Shown piece after piece: positions 53,481-63,303 of a stretch of 64,000 bases of DNA. Under the pieces are notes generated by a model that saw nothing but the letters and a program-made list of their open reading frames with translations, ran no database searches and was not told the DNA's origin. The translations under genes were made by a program, and so were the position numbers. Every line of letters begins with the position of its first letter. The first letter of the stretch is position 1. Origin of the DNA: Rhodoferax sp. (lineage in GTDB: Bacteria; Pseudomonadota; Gammaproteobacteria; Burkholderiales; Burkholderiaceae_C); the NCBI GenBank assembly GCA_039923645.1, contig JBDTCK010000109.1, forward strand, positions 7,367 to 71,366. Reading direction: 5' to 3'.

Positions 53481-54797
53481 TCAGGGGTAGAGCCCGCGCA
53501 ATTCGCGCGTGTGCAATATCCTTTTGCATGCAACGATGAACGTGGCGGTGCGCAAGCTCACCTTGTTGTCCTGTGCGACTTGCCACACGCCCGCGAACGC
53601 CTCGCGCATGATGCGCACCAGGCGGGCGTTGATTTCAGCCTCGTCCCAGAAAAAACTGGAAAAGTCCTGCACCCATTCAAAGTAGCTGACCGTCACGCCG
53701 CCTGCGTTGGCGATCACGTCGGGCAGCACCAGCACATTTCGATCGTGCAGGATATCGTCGGCTTCGGGCGTGGTGGGACCATTCGCGCCTTCGATGATCA
53801 TGCGCGCCTTGATGCGACCGGCATTGCCGGCGTTGATTTGCTGCTCCAGCGCCGCGGGAATCAGGATGTCGCACTCGACCTCCCAGAACAGGTCGTTGTC
53901 AATTGCCTCGGCTTGTGCAAAGCCGGCCACGGTGCCCGTAGTGGCCACATGCCGCAGCAGGGATGGCACATCCAGCCCCGCTTCCCGGAAGATCGTGCCG
54001 CCATGGTCTTGTACAGCGACGATGCGCGCGCCCGCCTCGGCAAACAGCTTGCCGGCCGTCCCGCCGACGTTGCCGAAACCCTGCACCGCCACGCGCGCGG
54101 TGGAGATGTCCATGCCGATATGCTTGGCGGCCTCGGCGCCGACGGTAAACACGCCGCGCCCGGTGGCTTCGCGCCGGCCCAGCGATCCGCCAAGATCCAC
54201 CGGCTTGCCGGTGACGACGCCGGTCGCGGTGGAGCCCTGGTTCATGGAGTAGGTGTCCATCATCCACGCCATGATCTGCTCGTTGGTGTTCACATCAGGC
54301 GCCGGAATATCCTTGTTGGGGCCGATGATGATGCCGATCTCGCTCGTATAGCGGCGTGTCATGCGCTCCAGTTCGCCGCGCGACAGCGTTTTCGGGTCGA
54401 CACGGATCCCGCCCTTGGCACCGCCGTAGGGCACGTTCACCGCTGCGTTCTTGATCGACATCCAGGCCGACAGCGCCATCACTTCCGACAGCGTCACATC
54501 CTGGTGAAAACGCACGCCGCCTTTGCCTGGGCCGCGCGAAACGTTGTGCTGCACGCGGTAGCCCTCGAAGTGGGCCACTGTGCCGTTGTCCAGGTGAATG
54601 GGAACGTCCACGATGAGGGCGCGCTTGGGGCGCTTGAGCGTCTCGACCCAGCGCGACAGGTTGCCCAGGTAAGGTGTCACGCGATCGACCTGTTGCAGGT
54701 AAACCCCCCAGGGTCCGAGGTTGTTGGCCTGCAGGTAGGATGGCAGGGGATGAGACGTCGGTGCTGCCGGTGTCGCGGTGCTGGGTGCTTGGGACAT
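53481..54797 (-). CDS. gdhA: Glu/Leu/Phe/Val dehydrogenase (glutamate dehydrogenase)
   Basis: [36 protein letters not shown]. Confidence 0.92.
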   Translation of the reverse strand: MSQAPSTATPAAPTSHPLPSYLQANNLGPWGVYLQQVDRVTPYLGNLSRWVETLKRPKRALIVDVPIHLDNGTVAHFEGYRVQHNVSRGPGKGGVRFHQDVTLSEVMALSAWMSIKNAAVNVPYGGAKGGIRVDPKTLSRGELERMTRRYTSEIGIIIGPNKDIPAPDVNTNEQIMAWMMDTYSMNQGSTATGVVTGKPVDLGGSLGRREATGRGVFTVGAEAAKHIGMDISTARVAVQGFGNVGGTAGKLFAEAGARIVAVQDHGGTIFREAGLDVPSLLRHVATTGTVAGFAQAEAIDNDLFWEVECDILIPAALEQQINAGNAGRIKARMIIEGANGPTTPEADDILHDRNVLVLPDVIANAGGVTVSYFEWVQDFSSFFWDEAEINARLVRIMREAFAGVWQVAQDNKVSLRTATFIVACKRILHTRELRGLYP

Positions 54798-54881
54798 GAG
54801 AAAACTCCTGGTAGGAACGATCAAGTCCCAGAGCTTAAAAGCGTCTGGCCCAACTGTCCAAGACATTGTGCAAACTACTTC

Positions 54882-54896
54882 ATGCTTTAGTTGCAT
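54882..54896. promoter_or_regulatory. LysR-type dyad upstream of gdhA
   Basis: ATGC-N7-GCAT containing T-N11-A. Confidence 0.45.
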
Positions 54897-55219
54897 AAAC
54901 ATACGGAACTACGTCGAGCACCTGAGATTCAAGTCAAAACCGCCTCAAGCCGTTATCTGTCATGCACGTTAAGCTATCTTTTCTGTAGTGAATTGGCGAT
55001 TTTGGTTTAATTTGATATGACTTTATCCATTGTTCCGAGGCCGCATTACCCGCTGCCGCAGAGCGCAAGCAACCTTGAACCGTGCCCGCTTGGCCCGCTT
55101 GCCAGCGACAACGGCAAAGGTGTTGTGCTGTAATAAACCACGCGTTGGCGCGACCCACGTGTTGGTGTCCTGCGCAGGCTCACTCAGGCGGGGCTTTGCA
55201 GTCTCTGGAGGTTATCTGC

Positions 55220-56488
55220 ATGTTCCCATCCCCGTTGATCGCTGATTCACAACTTGAAGTCAATGGTCCGCGTGAAACTCTGGCGCGGCGGTTTTCCGAA
55301 ATCCGGGCGCACAGCCTGGTGCTGACCGCACCCCTGTCGGCAGAAGACCAGTGCATCCAGTCCATGCCTGATGCGAGCCCGGCCAAGTGGCATCTGGCGC
55401 ACAGCAGCTGGTTTTTCGAGGCCATGGTGCTTCGCCCGCATGCACCGGACTACGTGCCGTTTGACGAGCGTTTTTTCTATCTCTTCAATTCCTACTATGA
55501 AGCCCTGGGCCCACGCCATCCGCGGCCACTGCGCGGCCTGCTGACCCGCCCATCGCTTGCGCAGGTGTTGGCCTATCGCGCGCATGTCGATGCCGGCGTG
55601 CAAGACTTCATGAACAGCAGCCATGAGACGGTGTGGCGGCGCGCGCTGCCCTTGCTCACGTTGGGGCTGCATCACGAGCAACAGCATCAGGAACTGATAT
55701 TGACCGACATTTTGCATGCACTGTCGTGCAACCCGATGCTTCCCGCCTACCAGTGCGCTCCTGCTTCGCCGCACAAGCCGGCGCTGCGGATGGCTCCCGT
55801 CACTGCGCCGCTGCACTGGCTCACGGGGCCCACCGGCACCGTGATGATCGGGCATGACGGCAGCGGATTTGCGTTTGACAACGAAACGCCGCGACACGGC
55901 GCGCTGCTGGCACCGTACCGCGTGGCGGACCGCCTGGTGAATTGCGGTGAGTACCTGCAATTTATCGAGGACGGGGGTTACCAACGCCCCGAGTTGTGGC
56001 TGTCCGACGGGTGGGCCGCGGTGCAGGCAAATGGCTGGAGCTGTCCGCCCTACTGGCTTGCGCCGGATGATGCCAGAGCGCCTGCGGGCCACTGGCAGGT
56101 CTTCGGATTATCCGGCGTGCGTGCGCTGGATACCTCTGCACCGGTCAGCCAGGTCAGCTTTTACGAAGCCGCGGCCTATGCAGAATGGGCGGGTGCACGC
56201 CTGCCTACTGAATTCGAGTGGGAAGCAGCCCATGATGCGTCGGGGATCACGCAAATGACCGGATATGTGTGGCAGTGGACGCGCTCGTCCTATGACCCCT
56301 ATCCTGGCTTTCGTCCCCTGGCTGGGGCGGCAGGTGAGTACAACGGTAAATTCATGGTGGGACAACGGGTGCTGCGCGGCGGCAGCAGCGCCACCCCGGT
56401 CGGACACACACGACCCAGCTACCGCAATTTTTTCCCGCCCGGGGCACGCTGGCAGTTTTCGGGCATTCGTCTGGCGAGGGATGCCTGA
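55220..56488 (+). CDS. egtB: Ergothioneine sulfoxide synthase EgtB
   Basis: SPAKWHLAH, FNSYY, HHEQQHQEL, FDNE, RLPTE.EWE, YRNFF; GGAGG RBS. Confidence 0.88.
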   Translation: MFPSPLIADSQLEVNGPRETLARRFSEIRAHSLVLTAPLSAEDQCIQSMPDASPAKWHLAHSSWFFEAMVLRPHAPDYVPFDERFFYLFNSYYEALGPRHPRPLRGLLTRPSLAQVLAYRAHVDAGVQDFMNSSHETVWRRALPLLTLGLHHEQQHQELILTDILHALSCNPMLPAYQCAPASPHKPALRMAPVTAPLHWLTGPTGTVMIGHDGSGFAFDNETPRHGALLAPYRVADRLVNCGEYLQFIEDGGYQRPELWLSDGWAAVQANGWSCPPYWLAPDDARAPAGHWQVFGLSGVRALDTSAPVSQVSFYEAAAYAEWAGARLPTEFEWEAAHDASGITQMTGYVWQWTRSSYDPYPGFRPLAGAAGEYNGKFMVGQRVLRGGSSATPVGHTRPSYRNFFPPGARWQFSGIRLARDA

Positions 56489-57465
56489 TGCTGACGGATG
56501 CACCAACAAAAGCCCGGCCTTCATTGCCGGGCGAGGAGCAGCAAAGCGAGTTTGCCCGCGATCTGCTGGCAGGGCTGTCAATCACTGCGCGCAGCATTTC
56601 TCCCAAGTATTTCTACGATGCGCCGGGCTCTGTTCTGTTCGACCGCATCTGCGAGTTGCCGGAGTATTACCCCACACGTGTCGAGTTGGGCCTGCTATCT
56701 GAGCATGCGCGCGATATTGCTCGGCACATGGGACCGTGTGCCGAAGTGGTCGAGTTTGGGGCCGGCTCCCTGCGCAAGATCCGGTTGTTGCTCAATGCGA
56801 TGGACCAGCCCGAGCGCTATGTCCCCATCGACATTTCGGGCGAACACCTGGGTGTGGCCGCTCAGGTGCTGCGACGTGACTACCCGGGTCTGAACGTGCA
56901 ACCGCTGGTCGCGGACTACACCCGGCACATGCTGCTGCCGGCGCGGGGCGAGAGCGCCGGACAGCGCGTGGGTTTTTTCCCGGGCTCCACGATTGGCAAC
57001 TTCACGCCTGGCGAAGCCCTGCATTTTCTGCAGATGGCGGGGCAACTCCTGCGCGGCGGCGCCCTGTTGCTGGGCGCCGACCTGGTAAAGGACCCCGCGG
57101 TGCTGCATGCCGCCTACAACGACGCACAGGGCGTAACGGCCGCGTTCAACCTCAACTTGCTGGCGCGCGCCAACCGCGAACTGGGCGGTGATTTCGATCT
57201 GGACCAGTTTGCGCACAGCGCCTTTTACAACGCGCCCCTGCAGCGCATCGAGATGCACCTGGTGAGCCGGCGCCGGCAACAGGTCCGCGTGTGCGGCAGG
57301 TGTTTCGAGTTCGCCGAGGGCGAGACCCTGCACACCGAGAACTCGTGTAAATTTACGGTCGAGAGCCTGCAGGCGCTCGCGCGGCAGGCGGGGTTCACAC
57401 CGGGCCCCGTGTGGACCGATCCGCAAAAACTTTTCAGCCTGCACTGGCTGAACGCACCCACGTAA
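56488..57465 (+). CDS. egtD: L-histidine N-alpha-methyltransferase EgtD
   Basis: PKYFYD..GS.LF, EYYPTR, GSTIGNF, AYND..GVTAAFN, HTENS.KF. Confidence 0.92.
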   Translation: MLTDAPTKARPSLPGEEQQSEFARDLLAGLSITARSISPKYFYDAPGSVLFDRICELPEYYPTRVELGLLSEHARDIARHMGPCAEVVEFGAGSLRKIRLLLNAMDQPERYVPIDISGEHLGVAAQVLRRDYPGLNVQPLVADYTRHMLLPARGESAGQRVGFFPGSTIGNFTPGEALHFLQMAGQLLRGGALLLGADLVKDPAVLHAAYNDAQGVTAAFNLNLLARANRELGGDFDLDQFAHSAFYNAPLQRIEMHLVSRRRQQVRVCGRCFEFAEGETLHTENSCKFTVESLQALARQAGFTPGPVWTDPQKLFSLHWLNAPT

Positions 57466-57476
57466 AAGGAATCCCC

Positions 57477-57758
57477 ATGAAAGCAATCTGGAATGGCGCG
57501 GTCATAGCGCAAAGCGACGACACGGTTGTGGTGGAAGGCAACCATTACTTCCCTGCAGACTCGCTGAATCGTGACTATGTCACCTTCAGTAATCACAAGA
57601 CCAGTTGCCCCTGGAAGGGCCAGGCGAGCTACTACTCGCTCATGGTCGATGGTGAAATGAACGCGGACGCCGCCTGGTACTACGCCGACCCCAAGCCCGA
57701 GGCCGAGATGGTACGCGGCATGGTCGCGTTCTGGAAGGGCGTGCAGGTTGCAGCGTGA
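57477..57758 (+). CDS. DUF427 family protein
   Basis: VEGNHYFP, CPWKG.ASYY, AAW.Y..P. Confidence 0.88.
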   Translation: MKAIWNGAVIAQSDDTVVVEGNHYFPADSLNRDYVTFSNHKTSCPWKGQASYYSLMVDGEMNADAAWYYADPKPEAEMVRGMVAFWKGVQVAA

Positions 57759-57787
57759 GCCGACGCCAGCGGTAAGCTTGATCCCCT

Positions 57788-58558
57788 ATGTCAATTACCA
57801 CGCTAGCGCCTCCAGTGTCGACTCCCGATGAGCTCCTGACGGACCTGCACCGGCAAGGCTACGCCGTGCTCGATCCTGCCGGGGTGAGCGCGCTCGCCCG
57901 CTGCAGCCTCACGTCACTGGATGTGCTGGGTCCGAGCTGGAACAATCTGCCGCCTGATACCTACCTCAAGGATGGAGGGCGCTACCGGCGCCGGCGCCAC
58001 TCCTGTTTTGTCGTCGCGGGGGATCGGGTCACTCAGGTACCGCATCGCGCGCACTGGCAGCCGCTTGAATACAACGCGCTGCACGGCGGCATGCGGCGCT
58101 GGTTCGAGCCGGTGGAGCCGCAGGTGGTCGCGCAGGCGTCGTGGGAACAGTTATTGATCTCGCTAACACGGGTTTTTTGCAATCTGGGCAAAAAATCACC
58201 CAACGATACGCAGTCCGGCGCGCTGCCCTGGTACGTGGAGGCGCACCAGTTCCGCATCGACACCACGGACGGCATCGGCCGCCCGACGCCTGAAGGGGCG
58301 CACCGCGACGGCGTGGATTTTGTAGCGGTGTTTCTGGTCAACCGCACTGGCGTCAAGGGCGGTGAAACGCGTGTATTCGAGGCCGCCGGCTCTCACGGCC
58401 AGCGCTTTACACTGACCGAGCCATGGTCGCTGTTGTTGCTCGATGACGCACGCGTGATCCATGAGTCCACCCCGATCCAGCCACTGGCCGTAGATGGGCA
58501 CAGGGATACACTGGTCTTGACGTGGCGATCTGGCGGCTTTCAGGGTGACGGCGTATAA
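57788..58558 (+). CDS. 2OG-Fe(II) dioxygenase family protein (BsmA-like)
   Basis: D.YL.DGG.YR.RR, PTPEG.HRDG (HxD), HEST, RDTLV. Confidence 0.82.
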   Translation: MSITTLAPPVSTPDELLTDLHRQGYAVLDPAGVSALARCSLTSLDVLGPSWNNLPPDTYLKDGGRYRRRRHSCFVVAGDRVTQVPHRAHWQPLEYNALHGGMRRWFEPVEPQVVAQASWEQLLISLTRVFCNLGKKSPNDTQSGALPWYVEAHQFRIDTTDGIGRPTPEGAHRDGVDFVAVFLVNRTGVKGGETRVFEAAGSHGQRFTLTEPWSLLLLDDARVIHESTPIQPLAVDGHRDTLVLTWRSGGFQGDGV

Positions 58559-58559
58559 C

Positions 58560-58573
58560 TTGATCGTCATCAA
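58560..58573 (+). promoter_or_regulatory. FNR box upstream of usp
   Basis: TTGAT-CGTC-ATCAA perfect consensus; TAAGCT -10 at 58596 fits class II spacing. Confidence 0.8.
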
Positions 58574-58634
58574 CACATTGACGGCGCCGCGACCTTAAGC
58601 TCAGAAATCTGTCGTAGCCCAAGGAGTTCATCAC

Positions 58635-59072
58635 ATGTTCAAGCACATTCTGGTCCCGGTCGATGGATCGCCAACGGCAGCGCTGGCGATCGACAAGGCA
58701 ATCGCGCTGGCAAAGGCGTTCGACAGCGCGGTCACGGCCATCTATGTCATTGACCCCTATCCATTTACGGGGGTGGGGACCGATTACGCGTATGGCCAGG
58801 CGCAGTACCTGACGGCGGCCACGGCCGAGGCCAACGAGGCGATCAAGGGCGCCAGGCAGGCTTTTGAAGCCGGTGGCGTCTCCGTCAAGACCACACTGGT
58901 CGAGGGGCACGCGGTCTACAAGGGCATTCTGGATACGGCCGAGTCGAGCGGCGCAGACCTGATCGTCATGGGTTCCCACGGCCGCCGTGGCATTGAAAAA
59001 TGGGTGCTCGGCAGTGTCGCGCAGCGTGTCCTGTCACACGCGCACGTCCCGGTGCTTGTGGTGCGCAGCTAA
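58635..59072 (+). CDS. Universal stress protein
   Basis: ILVPVDGS, DLIVMGSHGR, LGSVA. Confidence 0.92.
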   Translation: MFKHILVPVDGSPTAALAIDKAIALAKAFDSAVTAIYVIDPYPFTGVGTDYAYGQAQYLTAATAEANEAIKGARQAFEAGGVSVKTTLVEGHAVYKGILDTAESSGADLIVMGSHGRRGIEKWVLGSVAQRVLSHAHVPVLVVRS

Positions 59073-59091
59073 GGCCGCGCCAGTCAAAAAT

Positions 59092-59847
59092 TCAGTCGCG
59101 TACGTCGCCTACCGGGTTGACGCCAAACTGGGGCCGCGCAAGGTAGGCAAGCACGCGTGTCGCAGCCTCGGCCGGCGATGACAACTGGTCATTCGCTTTC
59201 AGCCTGGCGAAATTGCCTTGATCCGGAAAGGCCGAGGCATCGGCGCTGCGCAGTTGCACTTGCATGTCGGTGTCGATTACGCCGGGGGCCAGCGAGCTCA
59301 CTGCCGCGCCATTGGGCTTGAGTGCCTCTTCCAGTGCCACACAGCGGGTGAAGTGGTCCATGCCTGCCTTGGCAGCGCAATAAGCGACCTGGGAGGCCAT
59401 CGCACGGCGCCCCAGGCCCGATGAGATGTTGAGCACCTTGCGCGCGGCCGCCCAGTGCTGCGTTGCACCCAGGAAGGCCGCGGTGAGCTGCATGGGAGCT
59501 TCGAGCCCGACGCGCAAGGCCTGTGCCAGATCGGCGGCGTCTGCGTCGCTCAGTGGCCCGATCCGCGGAACGACGCCGGCATTGTTGATCAGGGTTGCGC
59601 TGGTGAAGGACGCGCCATCTTGCTGGTCCAGCCACTGCTTGAGCCGCGCGCTGGCTTGCAGGCCGAAGGCCAGGTCTTGCGGCCACTGCACCAGCGTTGC
59701 GCCCGCGGCGCCGGCGCGCGAGCCTAGTGCATCGTTGGGCGTGCGGGCGATGCACAGCAAGGTGTTACCGGGTTTGAGCAGCTGCCCGGCGATGGCCAGG
59801 CCCATGCCACGCGAGGCGCCGGTGACGATATAGAGGTGTTGATTCAT
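59092..59847 (-). CDS. SDR oxidoreductase (benzil/sepiapterin reductase-like)
   Basis: TGASRGMG, NNAG, YCAAK, PGVIDTDMQ. Confidence 0.88.
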   Translation of the reverse strand: MNQHLYIVTGASRGMGLAIAGQLLKPGNTLLCIARTPNDALGSRAGAAGATLVQWPQDLAFGLQASARLKQWLDQQDGASFTSATLINNAGVVPRIGPLSDADAADLAQALRVGLEAPMQLTAAFLGATQHWAAARKVLNISSGLGRRAMASQVAYCAAKAGMDHFTRCVALEEALKPNGAAVSSLAPGVIDTDMQVQLRSADASAFPDQGNFARLKANDQLSSPAEAATRVLAYLARPQFGVNPVGDVRD

Positions 59848-59863
59848 GCCCCGCACTTTAGCG

Positions 59864-60505
59864 CTAGAACGGGGCCGGGCTTGTAAACGCCAGCATCTCA
59901 CCGGTGACCGGATGCGCCAGCGTCAACGCACATGCGTGCAGTAGCAGGCGACTGGCTTTGGCTTGTACCGGGGCGCTGGCGTAGAGCGCATCGCCGACGA
60001 TGGCGTGCCCCACTGCCTGCAGATGAACGCGAAGCTGATGCGAGCGACCCGTGAGGGGCGCCAGCGCCACGCGCGTGGTGTCGTTTGCGGGGTTCCAGGC
60101 CAGCACGCGCCAATGCGTGAGGCTGGGCTTGCCGAATTCGGCGTCGATAACGCGCAGGGGACGCCTGGGCCAGTCCAGGGCGATTGGCAGGTCGATCACG
60201 CCCCAGCCATCATGAGTATCGGCCGGCGCCAGCAAGCGCCCGTCGACCACCGCCACGTAACGCTTGTGAATCTCGCGGTCGGCGAAGGCCCGGCTCAGTG
60301 TGCGTTGCGCCAGGGGCCCGCGCGCCATCAGCATCAGGCCAGAGGTCGCCATGTCAAGCCGATGCACGATGAGCGCATCCGGATACAAGTGCTGAACCCG
60401 GGTGCTCAGCGCATCCTGCTTGTCGGCGCCGCGCCCCGGAACGGCGAGCAGGCCGCTGGGCTTGTCCAGCACCAGCAGAGCATCGTCAACGAACAGGGGC
60501 TCCAT
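59864..60505 (-). CDS. rluA: RluA-family pseudouridine synthase
   Basis: KPSGLL, HRLD..TSG, TGRSHQLRVH, GD.LY. Confidence 0.88.
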   Translation of the reverse strand: MEPLFVDDALLVLDKPSGLLAVPGRGADKQDALSTRVQHLYPDALIVHRLDMATSGLMLMARGPLAQRTLSRAFADREIHKRYVAVVDGRLLAPADTHDGWGVIDLPIALDWPRRPLRVIDAEFGKPSLTHWRVLAWNPANDTTRVALAPLTGRSHQLRVHLQAVGHAIVGDALYASAPVQAKASRLLLHACALTLAHPVTGEMLAFTSPAPF

Positions 60506-60543
60506 CAAGGGTCAATTGCAGGCCGACTTGCAGCGTGGGACGT

Positions 60544-60780
60544 TCAGGCCCGCTGCCGTTTGCTGTCGCGCACCATGAAGAGATACAAGCCTTCGACCTT
60601 GTCACGCGCCCATGGCGTTTTGCGCAAAAACTTCAGACTGGATGCCATGCTCGGCTCGCTAGTGAAACAGCGGATATTGATGCGCTCACCCAAACCGGCC
60701 CAGCCGTACTGCGCCACCAGCGCGCCCAGCAGCGTCTCCAGCGTGAGGCCATGCAGCGGGTTGCGCGGCTGCCCGACCAT
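60544..60780 (-). CDS. VF530/DUF2132 family small protein
   Basis: [28 protein letters not shown]. Confidence 0.85.
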   Translation of the reverse strand: MVGQPRNPLHGLTLETLLGALVAQYGWAGLGERINIRCFTSEPSMASSLKFLRKTPWARDKVEGLYLFMVRDSKRQRA

Positions 60781-60789
60781 GGCAGTGGG

Positions 60790-60930
60790 TTATTTTTTGA
60801 GCTTGCCGCGCGCCGGTACCACAGTGGTGACGGTGGGACGCACGGCGTCGGGCGAGACGGGTTTGGGAGGAGACAAGTCCTTCTTGGGTTTTTTGACTTG
60901 CTTGTTGCTCTTTTGTTCGCCTTTGGGCAT
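60790..60930 (-). CDS. Small basic protein (46 aa), not in ORF track
   Basis: MPKGEQKSNKQVKKPKKDLSPPKPVSPDAVRPTVTTVVPARGKLKK; GGAG RBS. Confidence 0.6.
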   Translation of the reverse strand: MPKGEQKSNKQVKKPKKDLSPPKPVSPDAVRPTVTTVVPARGKLKK

Positions 60931-61017
60931 GGTGCTTCTCCGTTAGTGATGGGGCTATTGTGCCGCCGATCAAGACTGCTTTTTGGAGAGGATCCGATTT
61001 CCCGTCGACCCGCTCGG

Positions 61018-62328
61018 CTAATGCAGCTTGATGCGGGGCCGGTGGGCATGGTCGATCAGCTCCGACAGCGTGATCAGCAGCGTTTTTCGCAGGCCCCCGA
61101 GTGCAAACTGGTGCTGCTTGTGCAGGCCCCAGTACATGAGTTTCGCCAGTTGCCCTTCGATGAAAAAACTGCCCTTGGTGAGGCTGCCCATCAGGCTGCC
61201 CACAGATGAATACTCGGCCAGTGACACCAGCGAGCCCTGGTCCGTGTACACGAATGCAGGCGCTGGCTGGCCATTCATCAGCTGCGGTAGTTTGCGCGCC
61301 AGGTACATGGCCTGCTGATAGGCCGCTTGTGCGCGCGGCGGCACCCAGGTGCCATCGGGCTGCTGGTAGGCGGCGCAATCACCAAACGCGTAGATGCTGG
61401 TGTCCAGAGTGCTTTGCAAGTTGTGATTCACGAGCAGTTGATTGAGCTTGTTGGTTTCCAGCGGCTGCTCGCCACCGATGTTCTTGAGGAAGTCCGCTGC
61501 CTTGACGCCGGCGGCCCAGACCGTGATGGTGGACGCAATCACTTTGCCGCTGGCCATCCGCAGGCCATCCGCCATCACCTCGACCACTTTCTCGTCGGTG
61601 TACACCGCGACCGACAATTTGCGCAATTCGCGCTGTGCCGCTTCGCCCAGCCGCTGCGGCAATTGGGACAACAGGCGCGGCGCAGCTTCCACCAGCACCA
61701 ACTGCAGATCTTTCTCGGGATTGATGTAGTCGAAGCCGAAATTAGCCAGCATGCGCGCCGCGGCATGCAGCTCCGCTGCCAGCTCGACGCCGGTGGCACC
61801 ACCACCCACGATAGTCACCGTCAGTGGCTTGCCATCGACCCGCCGTGGAACGGTCTGGGCGCGGATGCAGGCATTGATGAGTCGGTCGTTGAAGCGCCTT
61901 GCGGCCTGCGGCGTGTCGAGTTTGATGGTGTACTGGGCCGCCCCCGTAGTGCCAAAGTCGTTGGTCTGGCTGCCGACCGCAATCACCAGGGTGTCGTAAG
62001 CGACCCGTTGCGCGGGTGTGATCTCGGCCCCGGTATCGTCGTGACTGGCCGCCAGTTGCACGGTCTTGCTGGCACGGTCCACCCCGACCAGGGTGCCGAG
62101 CCGGAACTTGAAGTGATTCCAGCGCGCCTGCGCCAGATATTCGATTTCTTCCGCATGCGTGTCATAGCTGCCGGCCGCCAGCTGATGCAGCAGCGGCTTC
62201 CAGACGTGGGTCCGGGCTGAATCGACCAAGGTGATTTCTGCCAGGCCCTTGCGCCCCAAACGCTTGCCCAGTTGTGTCGCGAGTGCCAATCCTCCTGCGC
62301 CTCCACCGACGATGACGATGCGTTGCAT
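61018..62328 (-). CDS. ndh: Type II NADH dehydrogenase
   Basis: GGGAGG, WKPLLH, GGGATGVEL, WAAGV, GDCA, PPRAQAA.QQ. Confidence 0.88.
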   Translation of the reverse strand: MQRIVIVGGGAGGLALATQLGKRLGRKGLAEITLVDSARTHVWKPLLHQLAAGSYDTHAEEIEYLAQARWNHFKFRLGTLVGVDRASKTVQLAASHDDTGAEITPAQRVAYDTLVIAVGSQTNDFGTTGAAQYTIKLDTPQAARRFNDRLINACIRAQTVPRRVDGKPLTVTIVGGGATGVELAAELHAAARMLANFGFDYINPEKDLQLVLVEAAPRLLSQLPQRLGEAAQRELRKLSVAVYTDEKVVEVMADGLRMASGKVIASTITVWAAGVKAADFLKNIGGEQPLETNKLNQLLVNHNLQSTLDTSIYAFGDCAAYQQPDGTWVPPRAQAAYQQAMYLARKLPQLMNGQPAPAFVYTDQGSLVSLAEYSSVGSLMGSLTKGSFFIEGQLAKLMYWGLHKQHQFALGGLRKTLLITLSELIDHAHRPRIKLH

Positions 62329-62405
62329 AGTTGGCTCTTTCTGGTTTGTCGTGCACAGCCTAAGGGCAATCTGGCCACCAGAGCAAGCCGGTTGTACGAG
62401 CGCTG

Positions 62406-63167
62406 CTACGCGGCCGACTGGCCGCGCATCACCGCAATGGTTGCGCCCAGGGGGTCGATCAGCACGCTGAAGCGGCCGATCCCTGGAATGTCGCGCGGCG
62501 GTATGGCGATGCGCGCACCCAGCGAATGTGCTTTTGCGGCCGAGCCGTCGCAGTCGGCCACGCGCACATAGGGCAGCCAGCTCGAGCCGTCTGCGGATTG
62601 CGGTGCCCGCCTCAGGCCGGCGCGCGGCCTGCCATCCTTCTTGAGCAGGTAATACGTGCCCATCGGTCCCATGTCCACGCTTTCGCTGGTGAAGCCGAAG
62701 GCGCTCTCGTAGAACGCCAGGGCCTTGCTTTCGTCGGTCGTCACCAGTTCGCTCCAGTACCAGTCGCCTATGGCGGTTTCGGCTGCGTCCGCAGGGTCGC
62801 CCCGGGTACTTTTCCAGATGACGAGTTCGGCCCCTGTCGGATCGGCCAGCACGGCGCCGCAACCGATCGTGCCGTACTCGATGGGGGGCATGATGGGTTT
62901 GCCACCGGCGGCTATCGCGTCCCTGAACGAGGCGTCTATATCCGGCACGGACAGGTAGGACATCCAGCGCACCGCGGTGTCCGCGGGCGCCTCCCGAAAA
63001 CCACCAATTCCGCGGCCGGCGTTATAAATCGCGGGGTAAGGCACGCCGGCGGGGATATCGACCGTGTCGGTGCGCCAGTCAAACAGGGCGTCATAAAAGT
63101 CGCTTGCCTTGGAGACGTTGTGTGACAAGTGTTCAAACCAGACAAATTTGCCGTGATGGTAGTCCAT
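62406..63167 (-). CDS. VOC/glyoxalase family two-domain protein
   Basis: Duplicated W.EL...FY..LF.W / W..Y..V.D / DP.GA. Confidence 0.85.
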   Translation of the reverse strand: MDYHHGKFVWFEHLSHNVSKASDFYDALFDWRTDTVDIPAGVPYPAIYNAGRGIGGFREAPADTAVRWMSYLSVPDIDASFRDAIAAGGKPIMPPIEYGTIGCGAVLADPTGAELVIWKSTRGDPADAAETAIGDWYWSELVTTDESKALAFYESAFGFTSESVDMGPMGTYYLLKKDGRPRAGLRRAPQSADGSSWLPYVRVADCDGSAAKAHSLGARIAIPPRDIPGIGRFSVLIDPLGATIAVMRGQSAA

Positions 63168-63303
63168 GGTGTCTCCTCGATGGGCTTGGCCTGAACCTGT
63201 AGTCTATCCAACAACGGGCGCTAATCACAACGTCAAGCGGGCGATGGAGTTGCGACCAGTTGTGTCGCCAGGTGCCCGGCGGACTGCGGTATCCGGGTTC
63301 GAT

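Noticed and set aside
55054-55120. SAH or SAM-SAH riboswitch call upstream of egtB
   Set aside because: The CAGGCTC strand and the GCGCTC pseudoknot partner are missing; kept only as an unclassified leader.
55220-57465. Selenoneine (senABC) or ovothiol cluster
   Set aside because: No glycosyltransferase or selD neighbour and no C-terminal methyltransferase fusion; fits plain egtB-egtD.
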